Origin: a virus
Lineage: Duplodnaviria > Caudoviricetes
Direction: 5' to 3' (one strand)
IMG/VR virus record: IMGVR_UViG_3300020419_001132
DNA: 64,000 nt
This document shows positions 37,056 through 46,177 of this stretch, in pieces. The notes below the pieces were generated by a model, which was not told the DNA's origin, did no database searches, and worked only from the letters and a program-made list of their open reading frames with translations. Position 1 is the first letter of the stretch; each line of letters begins with the position of its first letter. Both the position numbers and the translations under genes were made by a program.

Positions 37056-38550
37056 TTCGCTTGTAATACTAGGTGGTGGAACAGCAGGCCTTATTTCTGC
37101 ATTGATGGCTAAACACAGCTTTCCACATTTAAAAGTAACTGTAATAGAGTCAAAAGAAATAGGAATAATAGGAGTTGGCGAAGGTTCTACAGAGCAATGG
37201 CAGACATTTATGAATCATATAGATCTAAATGCACAAGATTTGCTTATGAATACTGGCGCTACATACAAGATTGGAATAAAATTTACTAACTGGCATGGAG
37301 ATAATACTGCATACTGGCACAGTTTAGCTGAATGGATGGGTGCCCGAGATAACAGGAATGGAACATACTTTATGTTTCAAAAGTTTATAAGTGAAGGGTA
37401 TGAAAATGAAGTATCTGTCTCTGATACTTATAAGGAAAATAGGCATACTGCTCCTTATGATACAGAAACAAATCAATGGCACTTTGATACAAATAAATTA
37501 AATAGTTATTTTCATCATCTTGCCAAATACAAAGGTGTCATTTTTGAAGATGATACCGTACAAGATGTTATATTAGACAATGAAGGCTTTGTATCTTCTT
37601 TAGTAGGAAAACAAGGACAAAAATATGAAGCAGATTTTTTTATAGACTGTAGCGGTTTTAGAAGAGTAATAGCAAGTAAACTCAATACTAAGTGGATAGA
37701 TTGTAAAAAGCAACTTCCTATGAATAGTGCTATTGCATTTCCTACAGGATATGAAGAGGACATTCCTTCGTATACTGAATCAACTGCACTTAGCAGTGGG
37801 TGGACTTGGCGTATTCCTACTCAGGAACGTTTTGGAAACGGATATGTATACTGCGACGACTTTATTAGTGACGATGATGCATTTAAAGAAGTGTCTATGA
37901 GGCACAAGGAAACTATAGAAATAGGTAAAAAAATTAAATTTGGCGCAGGGTATGTAGATAAGTTTTGGAATAAAAATTGTATATCTATGGGGTTAGCAGG
38001 CATGTTTGTAGAACCTTTAGAGGCAACAAGTATTGGAAGTACAATAGAACAAGGTTTCGGATTTCTTACTAGTATTCCTTATTGGAGTAGGCATGATACT
38101 ATACAAGAAAAACAATATAATAAAGTATTTAAGGAAGTAGCTGAAAATATAATATCTTTTGTACAAATACATTACATTACAGAACGTAGAGATAGCGAAT
38201 TTTGGCGTTGTGTAAACAATGATTTACAACTAACCGAATTCAATAAAGAATACTTAGAGTCATTTAAGCAACACATGCCAAGTTTAAATATGTTTACTAA
38301 TGATTTTATATTGTTTAAATGTGTAAATTGGACACAGGTAATGTGGGGTCTTAGAATGTATAATGATAGGGAACTAATAAAACAAAACTATAACAAACAT
38401 TTTTCTTATATGAATGATTGGTTCGAAAAAGAAAAAGCCTGGAGACCAAAAGTAGCACTAAAGCATCGAGAGTGTCTTGCAAAGATTATGAAAGGCGAAG
38501 ATTGTCAGCACGTAAATTATGATCGTAGCACTGATCCTAATTTTAATTGA
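37045..38550 (+). CDS. flavin-dependent halogenase 2 (tandem paralogue)
   Basis: GGGTAG, GVGEGS, ATYKIGI, FFIDCSGF, WTWRIP, FVEPLEAT. Confidence 0.9.
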   Translation: MHINSLVILGGGTAGLISALMAKHSFPHLKVTVIESKEIGIIGVGEGSTEQWQTFMNHIDLNAQDLLMNTGATYKIGIKFTNWHGDNTAYWHSLAEWMGARDNRNGTYFMFQKFISEGYENEVSVSDTYKENRHTAPYDTETNQWHFDTNKLNSYFHHLAKYKGVIFEDDTVQDVILDNEGFVSSLVGKQGQKYEADFFIDCSGFRRVIASKLNTKWIDCKKQLPMNSAIAFPTGYEEDIPSYTESTALSSGWTWRIPTQERFGNGYVYCDDFISDDDAFKEVSMRHKETIEIGKKIKFGAGYVDKFWNKNCISMGLAGMFVEPLEATSIGSTIEQGFGFLTSIPYWSRHDTIQEKQYNKVFKEVAENIISFVQIHYITERRDSEFWRCVNNDLQLTEFNKEYLESFKQHMPSLNMFTNDFILFKCVNWTQVMWGLRMYNDRELIKQNYNKHFSYMNDWFEKEKAWRPKVALKHRECLAKIMKGEDCQHVNYDRSTDPNFN

Positions 38551-39146
38551 TCTTGTAATTCTTCCTCAACAAACTCACTTTTATAACCAAATGGTAATCC
38601 TAACTTAGGTCTACCATCATAGATTAAATCTGCGTTTTCACCATTAACATCAACATATTGAATAAAAACTTGAATTTGTTCATCACCTTCATATGGTCCT
38701 TCTCTCCAATGAGAAAATTTTGCTCCACTGTATACTAACATATCACCAACAGAAAGATCTGCACATAATGGATTATCACTGTCAGGTCCGTCTGCACATA
38801 GAAACCATGGTGTATTTCCTTTTTCTAAACATATAGATACGCTAAATTCACTACTACGTCGATCAAAGTGTTTGTTGAGTCTTGCTCCTGGTCTATATAT
38901 TCTTCCGTAAGAGTAAGATGGTGCTAGTTCTTTGTCTACAAGTTTTTCAATAATTGGCTTAACTGTTAAACTTAAAGCTTCAAGACATGGTGGACAGTAA
39001 GCATTATAACTGTCACCAAATTCTGGTTCTTGTCGTATAGATTGTGGGTCTAGCTCTTGTATAACACCTTCCATTATTCTCATTTCTGTACTAATAAATT
39101 TACATAATTCTTCGCTTACCTGTTTACATAAAATTACTGGATTCAT
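38517..39146 (-). CDS. Fe(II)/2OG oxygenase
   Basis: YSYGRIY, HxD (KHFDR), SVSICL, HWRE. Confidence 0.8.
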   Translation of the reverse strand: MNPVILCKQVSEELCKFISTEMRIMEGVIQELDPQSIRQEPEFGDSYNAYCPPCLEALSLTVKPIIEKLVDKELAPSYSYGRIYRPGARLNKHFDRRSSEFSVSICLEKGNTPWFLCADGPDSDNPLCADLSVGDMLVYSGAKFSHWREGPYEGDEQIQVFIQYVDVNGENADLIYDGRPKLGLPFGYKSEFVEEELQDQLKLGSVLRS

Positions 39147-39415
39147 ATGCTTATTCCTTTTGATTTTTCTATAGCATCTATAATCTCATCTGAACGTACA
39201 CATTTTACTGATTGTATTTTTCCTGGTGGCATACCTTTATAGTCACTCAAAAGGTTTGCAACTAATCCGGGGTAGACGGCTGGATCGGTTATATCAGCTT
39301 GACACAATACTTCCTCTTGGTAAAAAGGTTGAGCAAATACATACATATTTTTTGTACCGTCTGCATTTAGACCGGAAAAAGTAACAACAATCATGAATAC
39401 TATCTCTTTTATCAT
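39143..39415 (-). CDS. small hypothetical protein with a hydrophobic N-terminus
   Basis: 90-aa ORF, signal-like MIKEIVFMIVVTFSGL, two Cys. Confidence 0.55.
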   Translation of the reverse strand: MIKEIVFMIVVTFSGLNADGTKNMYVFAQPFYQEEVLCQADITDPAVYPGLVANLLSDYKGMPPGKIQSVKCVRSDEIIDAIEKSKGISI

Positions 39416-39954
39416 ATCGGCATTAGGCTGAACTGTTGATAGGGAAAGTCCGGCTCCTCATGTATATCAAAACCAAGGGTAATTCTTGGTGTTGTAAACG
39501 GTTCTATAACTTCAACCTTATGCATTCTATTACCAGGTCCAATGTAAATATTTCCTAATTCGTTCTTTATTTTATAATTATCAAAAACTGTTTCTGTATT
39601 TTTAGGATCAATAGAAATATACCCATGGTATGGCCATTCGTGATTATGCCAGTCTAAAACTTCTTCTGGTTTGTGGAAGTTTAACCAACTTTGCATCCAT
39701 AATGGATTCTCATGTCCAATAAATTCTCTAATATATTTTTTTAATTCTACTAATAAATCGTACCATAAAGGACTAGGTGAAGTAGCACAGAATATATTAT
39801 AAAGGTTGTAAGACCAAGTACTATCTTTTTCCGGAAAAGACTTTTTAAAAAATTCATGTACAGCATATAAATCAGTTATCATTTGTCCACTGTATTTGAC
39901 AATGAGTTCTGATTTATATACCTTATAATCACATGACATTTTGCATTCTCGCAA
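39412..39954 (-). CDS. putative Fe(II)/2OG oxygenase
   Basis: SWLNFH, WHNH, HGYISI, HKV, RITLGFD; true start probably downstream of 39954. Confidence 0.65.
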   Translation of the reverse strand: MRECKMSCDYKVYKSELIVKYSGQMITDLYAVHEFFKKSFPEKDSTWSYNLYNIFCATSPSPLWYDLLVELKKYIREFIGHENPLWMQSWLNFHKPEEVLDWHNHEWPYHGYISIDPKNTETVFDNYKIKNELGNIYIGPGNRMHKVEVIEPFTTPRITLGFDIHEEPDFPYQQFSLMPI

Positions 39955-40570
39955 AATTAATATTTAATAGTATTCTGTAAGGTGTGTGTTTATTTGGACT
40001 ACTAGAATGATAATAAAATCCTGGAAATGCAACAATCTTTCCTTGCTTTGGTGTAATTTTATGCTTTACTGTAAACTTTGTGTTAGTTACATAGTCTTGA
40101 TCGTTGGTATCATATTCTTTATTTGTTTCATTAAAAATATAAGTTTCTCCTGAACTATCATTTAGATAATAAATTACATTCCAGTGTTCGTACCAAGAAT
40201 CAATATGCGGTAAATGATGTTCTTGTGGATTATCTCTTACACGTTCATTTAAGTTTAATCTCATTCTTTCTAAACTATTGTTAGGAAATAATTCTAAATC
40301 TTGTATTGTCATCACTAACGGATGGAATATATCAAACATTGGACTTATAATTTTTTGTTCCTCAAATAAAAAGTGATTCCATCCAACAGGATTATAATCA
40401 CTATCTTTTGTAAACATATCTGATGAAACTTGATGTTTATTTAAGTACCAAGGAAATTGTTTATCTGTAACTCTTTCTAAAAGAGTTTTTTGGTATGTTT
40501 TTCCTATAACATTTTCTATTTCAATTATATCATCTGTCATATTATCCTCCTGCATGGGCATAAAACACAA
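39929..40570 (-). CDS. putative Fe(II)/2OG oxygenase
   Basis: PHID, IYYLNDSSGET, YYHSSS, RILLNIN; true start probably MTDD. Confidence 0.75.
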   Translation of the reverse strand: MCFMPMQEDNMTDDIIEIENVIGKTYQKTLLERVTDKQFPWYLNKHQVSSDMFTKDSDYNPVGWNHFLFEEQKIISPMFDIFHPLVMTIQDLELFPNNSLERMRLNLNERVRDNPQEHHLPHIDSWYEHWNVIYYLNDSSGETYIFNETNKEYDTNDQDYVTNTKFTVKHKITPKQGKIVAFPGFYYHSSSPNKHTPYRILLNINFARMQNVM

Positions 40571-41240
40571 GAGTCAGTCTCGATGTTTCTTTACTGTTTC
40601 CAAAAAAGTTATCCGCACTATGCCAAGTTTTTGGATCAAACAAAACACATCTATTAAAAACATTATCTATATTAACACTAGGAGTAAAATAAGAACGTTG
40701 TTTATTTCTATGTTTTGTTGCTTGTTGTCTTTGTTCAGGTGTAGAATTTAAACAATCCTGTTGTATTAATTTATGATATTCTCCATACTCTTCTGATATT
40801 CTATCATCGTATAATGTTGTTCCTGAGTTTAACGGAGCGTTGCCATTAAGATATATAATACCTGTAATTGTTGTATCAGGATCGTCATCATGTACCCAGC
40901 CGTTAACAAAAGTTTCGTCTACCATAAAAAAAGAAGCATTTAAATAATAAAATCCTGTGTACATTGGTAACAATTCTAATAATCTTTCACCAAAAGAATC
41001 AAACAATCCTTTGTCGATTTCAGCTAATGGTGTTGATCTTTGTCCCGGATATGTAGTTACTGTTGCTGGATAATATTTTTGTTGTAGAGCAATATGCCTC
41101 CATAGATGTGGTTCAGGAAAAAAGTCTTCTATAATTCTAGTAGGAAACCTTGGAAATTTTTTTCTATTTTTTAAATCTAACTGATTAATTTTTGTAGATG
41201 CATTTACTGAACTTTGATCTATAAAATCTATATCTGCCAT
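40542..41240 (-). CDS. putative Fe(II)/2OG oxygenase (DUF6445-like)
   Basis: IIEDFF, YPGQRS, WVHDD, GIIYLN, SGT, FNRCVLFD, WHSA, RLTLVFY. Confidence 0.72.
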   Translation of the reverse strand: MADIDFIDQSSVNASTKINQLDLKNRKKFPRFPTRIIEDFFPEPHLWRHIALQQKYYPATVTTYPGQRSTPLAEIDKGLFDSFGERLLELLPMYTGFYYLNASFFMVDETFVNGWVHDDDPDTTITGIIYLNGNAPLNSGTTLYDDRISEEYGEYHKLIQQDCLNSTPEQRQQATKHRNKQRSYFTPSVNIDNVFNRCVLFDPKTWHSADNFFGNSKETSRLTLVFYAHAGG

Positions 41241-41929
41241 TTAAATACTCCATTACAAAAAAAGACTAGAGTCATTCTTGCATCAGCAGACTCTTTACCA
41301 AAAAAGTTTTCTGCACTATGCCATTGCCTAGGATCAAACATAATACATCTGTTAAATCTTGATTCAGCTGTAATTGTTGTTTTAAAAAACGAACGCTGTT
41401 CTAATCTATGATTTCTAAATTTTTCTGGATCATCTCCACAGACATCTTGATGAAATATATCTGTATATTTCTGCATATTAACATCACCTTGTTGGTTATA
41501 TATTACTGTGCCAGATCCTTGAATAACAATATCATTCAAATATATTACACCTGCAAGGTCGTGTGATTCATCATCGTCATGCACCCAACCACTACCAAAG
41601 TTTTCAGGAATAATTTGAAAGGTCATGTCAGATGCAGTAAAGGAGTGAAATAAGCCAGATGCTTTTAACAACTTGCTTTCTATTGTTTCAACTAAGTCAG
41701 GATCTAAATCTTTTATCATAGGGGAACGTAATCCAGGCCAGGATCCTCTATCTCCTTTGTAATATTCTAATCCAATAGCATATTGTCTTACTAGTTGTGG
41801 CAATTCAAAAAAATCGTCTATAACTATAGTAGGGTGCAATGGTTTTTTCTGTTTTCCTTTAAAATTTCTCATTATAGTGTAAAGTTTACTGTTAAAACTA
41901 CTCTCTTTGTGTGTATTTTTGGGCAACAA
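41228..41929 (-). CDS. putative Fe(II)/2OG oxygenase (DUF6445-like, paralogue of 40542-41240)
   Basis: VIDDFF, WPGLRS, WVHDD, GVIYLN, FNRCIMFD, WHSA, RMTLVFF; true start probably MRNF. Confidence 0.72.
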   Translation of the reverse strand: MLPKNTHKESSFNSKLYTIMRNFKGKQKKPLHPTIVIDDFFELPQLVRQYAIGLEYYKGDRGSWPGLRSPMIKDLDPDLVETIESKLLKASGLFHSFTASDMTFQIIPENFGSGWVHDDDESHDLAGVIYLNDIVIQGSGTVIYNQQGDVNMQKYTDIFHQDVCGDDPEKFRNHRLEQRSFFKTTITAESRFNRCIMFDPRQWHSAENFFGKESADARMTLVFFCNGVFKWQI

Positions 41930-42435
41930 CTTGCATGATATCTAGATCCGTCAAACACAACTGCACTATTGATATCACCTTCAAATACTTCATGTGTGGT
42001 GTATTTGTCTACTTTTTCAGTTTCATTGAAAACATGTGTTCTACCATCACTATGCCAAAAATGATAACACGCAGTAATATGTGGGAAGTCTGCATCTATA
42101 TGTGGTTCGTTAAACGCATATGGTTCATGGGGTGTTATGTATCTAGTGTTCATTAAAAGTCCTAAACGCATTCTAAAAACTTTTTTAGGTTGTACATCTA
42201 GTTGATCTATTATACCTTGGTATACAGGTGTAAACCTATCTAAATACTCACTCCTGTGCTGATTGTGTAATAACAAGTGTGCAAATGCAGGTGTTGACCT
42301 ACTTTTTTTATCAGACCGTTCGTATGTTGTATCTTCTAAATAATACCAAGGAAAATCTAAACTAGTTATTAAATTGCACAATTCTTGGTGTGTATTTGTA
42401 TCAACAACACCTGCTAGTTTTTTAGTTTCAAACAT
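41872..42435 (-). CDS. putative Fe(II)/2OG oxygenase
   Basis: FPWYY, PHID, SDGRT, FDGSRYHAS, RVVLTVN. Confidence 0.72.
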   Translation of the reverse strand: MFETKKLAGVVDTNTHQELCNLITSLDFPWYYLEDTTYERSDKKSRSTPAFAHLLLHNQHRSEYLDRFTPVYQGIIDQLDVQPKKVFRMRLGLLMNTRYITPHEPYAFNEPHIDADFPHITACYHFWHSDGRTHVFNETEKVDKYTTHEVFEGDINSAVVFDGSRYHASCCPKIHTKRVVLTVNFTL

Positions 42436-43165
42436 TTTTTCTCCTATGTATGTGATATATATTTCTATCCACGCTTGTGTTAGGTCTGTCTGTTGCTAGT
42501 TTGTTCCAGCAAGGCACACTGACACTAATTCTTTCTCCTTTAGGTTTTGCACAATGATATGCCCTTGAAGGAATATATAATGCATCTCCTGGTTTCAAGT
42601 TTACCTTTAATTCTACTTCTAAATCTTCTTCTTTTAACTTTCCGTTCATTAATCCTGATTTGTATAGATAGCTAATTCTATTTTTAAATAAAGTCCACTC
42701 TGTCTCTCCTTCTATTTGAAAAATAAAATTAGCAGGATAATCATCATGTATTGTAAAAGATTTTGTGTCCTGCATTCCACAATAAACATGAGCGGCGGCA
42801 TGTATATCAAACATTTGTTCCAAGTTATTTAATAACTCTGTAATAGGCTTATTATGAAATCCGTAGTTCATAATGATAAGAGTATTACCGGTGTTAAATC
42901 TATTAAACAAGAACTGTTTATCTTGTACTAATTTCCCGCCAAACTCCCATGCTTTTTCAGACATAGGTATATCAATTTTATTATTGTGTTGATCTATCAT
43001 TTCAAAATTATAAAAATGAGGATTATTTAAGCAGTCTTCGATATCTTGCCAAGAGACAAGAGATTTGTAGCTTTCATTGACAAGTAAATTTTCAAAAAAA
43101 TGTGGCTTGTCTTCATAGAATAGGTTTGTAGTGTTCATGAAAACTTGCCCAATGTTATTAAACAT
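42428..43165 (-). CDS. JmjC/cupin-4 family oxygenase
   Basis: SFTIHDD (HxD), FIFQIEGETEW, LKPGDALYIPSRAYHCA. Confidence 0.82.
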   Translation of the reverse strand: MFNNIGQVFMNTTNLFYEDKPHFFENLLVNESYKSLVSWQDIEDCLNNPHFYNFEMIDQHNNKIDIPMSEKAWEFGGKLVQDKQFLFNRFNTGNTLIIMNYGFHNKPITELLNNLEQMFDIHAAAHVYCGMQDTKSFTIHDDYPANFIFQIEGETEWTLFKNRISYLYKSGLMNGKLKEEDLEVELKVNLKPGDALYIPSRAYHCAKPKGERISVSVPCWNKLATDRPNTSVDRNIYHIHRRKNV

Positions 43166-43781
43166 TTTCTTCTATCCTTAAATTAAAAGCTAAAGAAATT
43201 CTAGGCTCTTCTGATTCACTTGGTAAAACACCATGTTGTAACCATGCTGGAAACAGCACTACTCTACCTTCTCTTGGTGGATATCTCGCTGTTACTCCAC
43301 TTAATGCTGTGTATCTATCATACGAAGCTGTAATTGTTGCTAGTGCAAATTCTTCTAGATAATTTCTATAAAAAATTATATCGCCTGATCCTTTTGGTAT
43401 TTTAAGATAATATGTTCCGGCAATAAAAGACCCGCCGTGTATATGCAACTGATTTATATCTCTTCCTTTATTTTCATTAAACCAAATATTTCCACAAGTG
43501 AGTCTATATCTTTCTGGGTTCAAACCAAAGTCTTCCAAACAGCTTGTGCCAAATGATTGTATCCATTTTATGAATTTCTCTGTTGCTGGAAAGTCACTAG
43601 GCATAAAATTTCTAGTTTGATAGCCGCCAAAGTTACTTAACCAAACTCCTTTGGGATCATCTTCTTTTAAAAATTTAAATAATTCTAATAGTTCTGTATT
43701 GTCGTAGGAAGTATCACTCCACCAGATTGGCGTTGGAAAATAAAAATCACAGTTTAATCTCTTATCCGTGGGCAAACGCAT
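43158..43781 (-). CDS. putative Fe(II)/2OG oxygenase (TIGR02466-like)
   Basis: IWFNEN, LHIHG, AGTYY, LFPAWLQHGV, RISLAFN. Confidence 0.78.
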   Translation of the reverse strand: MRLPTDKRLNCDFYFPTPIWWSDTSYDNTELLELFKFLKEDDPKGVWLSNFGGYQTRNFMPSDFPATEKFIKWIQSFGTSCLEDFGLNPERYRLTCGNIWFNENKGRDINQLHIHGGSFIAGTYYLKIPKGSGDIIFYRNYLEEFALATITASYDRYTALSGVTARYPPREGRVVLFPAWLQHGVLPSESEEPRISLAFNLRIEENV

Positions 43782-44550
43782 ATGTATGGCTCCATCTAAA
43801 GTTTACTGATTTTTCTACATATGCTAAATGACAAATATCGGACTTATATACAGTCATAGTATTTTGGACACAATCGGCCATTCCTAAATATTCAAATCCA
43901 AATCTTTGTAGTTCTTTATCATCGAAGTTAAACCAGCTATTATTTCTTCCTTGTCTAAGCATGTCCTGATATTCGTCATACAGTTTATGCTTAGGATCAA
44001 CTGCAAAATCATAACCGCCAGAAAGTTTGTTACCTATATACTTATAGAACTTTGTTCCTGACGTTCCTTTTTCATGGTTTGTGAACCATAAATTTCCAAC
44101 CATTCCTTGAGGATAATCTATGTGTGGTATTCTATATCCAATAATAGGTTTAGCTCTATCTTTATAATACACATTCCCCCATTCAAATACACGTGGATTT
44201 TTAAAGTTATTTAAAGCGTAATCTAAACTCCAATGGCCACTAAAATGCTGTTGTATATAAAAATCTCTAAGTAATAAACAGATATCTTTGTGTAACCAAT
44301 CGGGTATATGTATAGTATCAAAAGGATTAGGGTCTGGATTATCGGGCCTATTGTTATCTTTAGATATAGGAAAACAAGATACTAATTCTTTGTACAATTC
44401 AAATGTATCATTTTCAAAAGGTGATTGTAGTATCCAGTACCCAATATCTTTATCAAGACTTACATATTGGTGCTTTATGTCTTTTGCATTTTTAAACTTT
44501 ACCACATTTGGAAAAGTATTTGCATCAGGCTTGCATACTTTGAACTGCAT
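43762..44550 (-). CDS. putative Fe(II)/2OG oxygenase-like protein
   Basis: PHID, GNLW, SGTKFY, CHLAY, RWSH. Confidence 0.55.
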   Translation of the reverse strand: MQFKVCKPDANTFPNVVKFKNAKDIKHQYVSLDKDIGYWILQSPFENDTFELYKELVSCFPISKDNNRPDNPDPNPFDTIHIPDWLHKDICLLLRDFYIQQHFSGHWSLDYALNNFKNPRVFEWGNVYYKDRAKPIIGYRIPHIDYPQGMVGNLWFTNHEKGTSGTKFYKYIGNKLSGGYDFAVDPKHKLYDEYQDMLRQGRNNSWFNFDDKELQRFGFEYLGMADCVQNTMTVYKSDICHLAYVEKSVNFRWSHTYAFAHG

Positions 44551-45136
44551 TTGGTGTTCCTACATTTATAGTTAATACTACTCTTTCTTCTTCTGAGTTG
44601 TTGGGTTGAACTCTATGTTTTAACCACCCAGGAAAAATTAATATATCATTTGTTTTACAAGGAATGGCTGTCCAAAGATCTGTTTCTGGATTAATATAAG
44701 AGTTTGCTTTGTGATATTCTAAAGGATCTCTGAATTCTATAAATCCACCGTTGTCTGGTAGATTTAGATAACAAGTAACTACAAAGTCAACAAGGTTATG
44801 AGAATGCTCTAATGTTTCTCCTCCTAGTCCATGTGTGTTTATCCAGGATTGTAATAAACAATTTTCTTTGTCTAATATCCTATGTTCTGTATATATTCTT
44901 TTTAGTGTAATTAAAAGTTCTGCACAAAAGTCTTTAAATTCTGGCCATAAATGTGGAGGATTAGATTGATGTGCAACTGTTGAATATGCTACGCCTTTTT
45001 CAAGAAGAGATGTGTTATTTGGGCGTTCTGAGATATACTCTTGGACTGTGGATTTTATATTTTTATAATTGAGATCGTATGAGGTTTTAAAAAGTAGTGT
45101 AGCCCAGGGATTAATATATACTCCATTAGATAGCAT
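44525..45136 (-). CDS. putative Fe(II)/2OG oxygenase (TIGR02466-like)
   Basis: SWINTH, EHSH, CYLNLP, IFPGWLKHRV, RVVLTIN. Confidence 0.78.
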   Translation of the reverse strand: MLSNGVYINPWATLLFKTSYDLNYKNIKSTVQEYISERPNNTSLLEKGVAYSTVAHQSNPPHLWPEFKDFCAELLITLKRIYTEHRILDKENCLLQSWINTHGLGGETLEHSHNLVDFVVTCYLNLPDNGGFIEFRDPLEYHKANSYINPETDLWTAIPCKTNDILIFPGWLKHRVQPNNSEEERVVLTINVGTPNAVQSMQA

Positions 45137-45371
45137 TTTCTTGACAAGTTTCTATAGCTAATTGCAAACCCATCATAGTGCCTTCCATTTTCATTATATC
45201 TTCCATTAGCTCTTGTCTTTCTGAAAAGTCAATAGTAGTAACACCATAAGGATTAAGTTTTGTATCGTGTAAATTTTCCTCAACTGTTTTTAATTTTTCT
45301 TCTGTCTTCTCTTTTGTAATTTTAATATTAGCACAGACTTTTTCCAATTGTTCTATGATTTTTTCACTCAT
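45126..45371 (-). CDS. small coiled-coil hypothetical protein
   Basis: 81-aa Glu/Lys-rich ORF coupled within the operon. Confidence 0.6.
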   Translation of the reverse strand: MSEKIIEQLEKVCANIKITKEKTEEKLKTVEENLHDTKLNPYGVTTIDFSERQELMEDIMKMEGTMMGLQLAIETCQENAI

Positions 45372-46177
45372 TTTTTTCTCCTATTACTACGATACTTATC
45401 GATAACTTTACGCACTCTAACTAAGCGTGACTTTAATGAATCAAACTTGTAAATTACAGAACTTAATGTATAATTAAAAGATCTTTCCATTTTCCTATCT
45501 TCGTCGGTCGCTTCATCACATATAAAATTAAAATGTGAAGAAACATATGCTTTTCTTGGAATAGGAATGTACTGTATTAAAGGGGTTCCTGCTTTAACTA
45601 GTTCTTCTCCATTTAACACATGCCAAAATAGTTGCACATTAAGAACGTGTGCATATCTAGGATCTAGTAATCCTGTTGCTGGTGTGAATCTTTTTTCATT
45701 TGAATAGTGTACAGGAACTTGTAAAAGTAAGTAATCGTCATCTAATTCTACTCTCCACGGTGTGTGTATTTTCACTACTGTTTTTAAACTTTTACTTGGA
45801 TCATCTAGTATTCTTTCTGTTTGATTTTGATCATGAAAGTCTATATATTTGTCTTGTCCATAACCTTGTTCAAGATTAAATCGTTGGGCTTCGCTATATT
45901 TAAAATTTACACCATCACCGTCTGTTGTAATAATAAAATCTGCAGGTGCTGTTAGTACCCAACCTGCATTTAACATTAATTTTATACCGGGACAATTTTT
46001 TGTAGCAATACTACCGTCGTTTGGATGAGGATTACTAGGTAATTTAATCCAAGGACGTTTTACAGATGCTGTCGGAATAATAGGATGTAAGTCTGCAACA
46101 CCTTCTTGCAAACTATAAAATCTAGCTATAGGTTTCTTTTTTTTAAAAAGATTAAACATCATGCTCGTCAACGCCAC
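45368..46177 (-). CDS. hypothetical protein (DUF6065-like beta-rich fold)
   Basis: CPGI...GWVLTAPAD...KIHTPW...GTPLIQYIPI pattern typical of phage oxygenase clusters. Confidence 0.5.
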   Translation of the reverse strand: MALTSMMFNLFKKKKPIARFYSLQEGVADLHPIIPTASVKRPWIKLPSNPHPNDGSIATKNCPGIKLMLNAGWVLTAPADFIITTDGDGVNFKYSEAQRFNLEQGYGQDKYIDFHDQNQTERILDDPSKSLKTVVKIHTPWRVELDDDYLLLQVPVHYSNEKRFTPATGLLDPRYAHVLNVQLFWHVLNGEELVKAGTPLIQYIPIPRKAYVSSHFNFICDEATDEDRKMERSFNYTLSSVIYKFDSLKSRLVRVRKVIDKYRSNRRKK

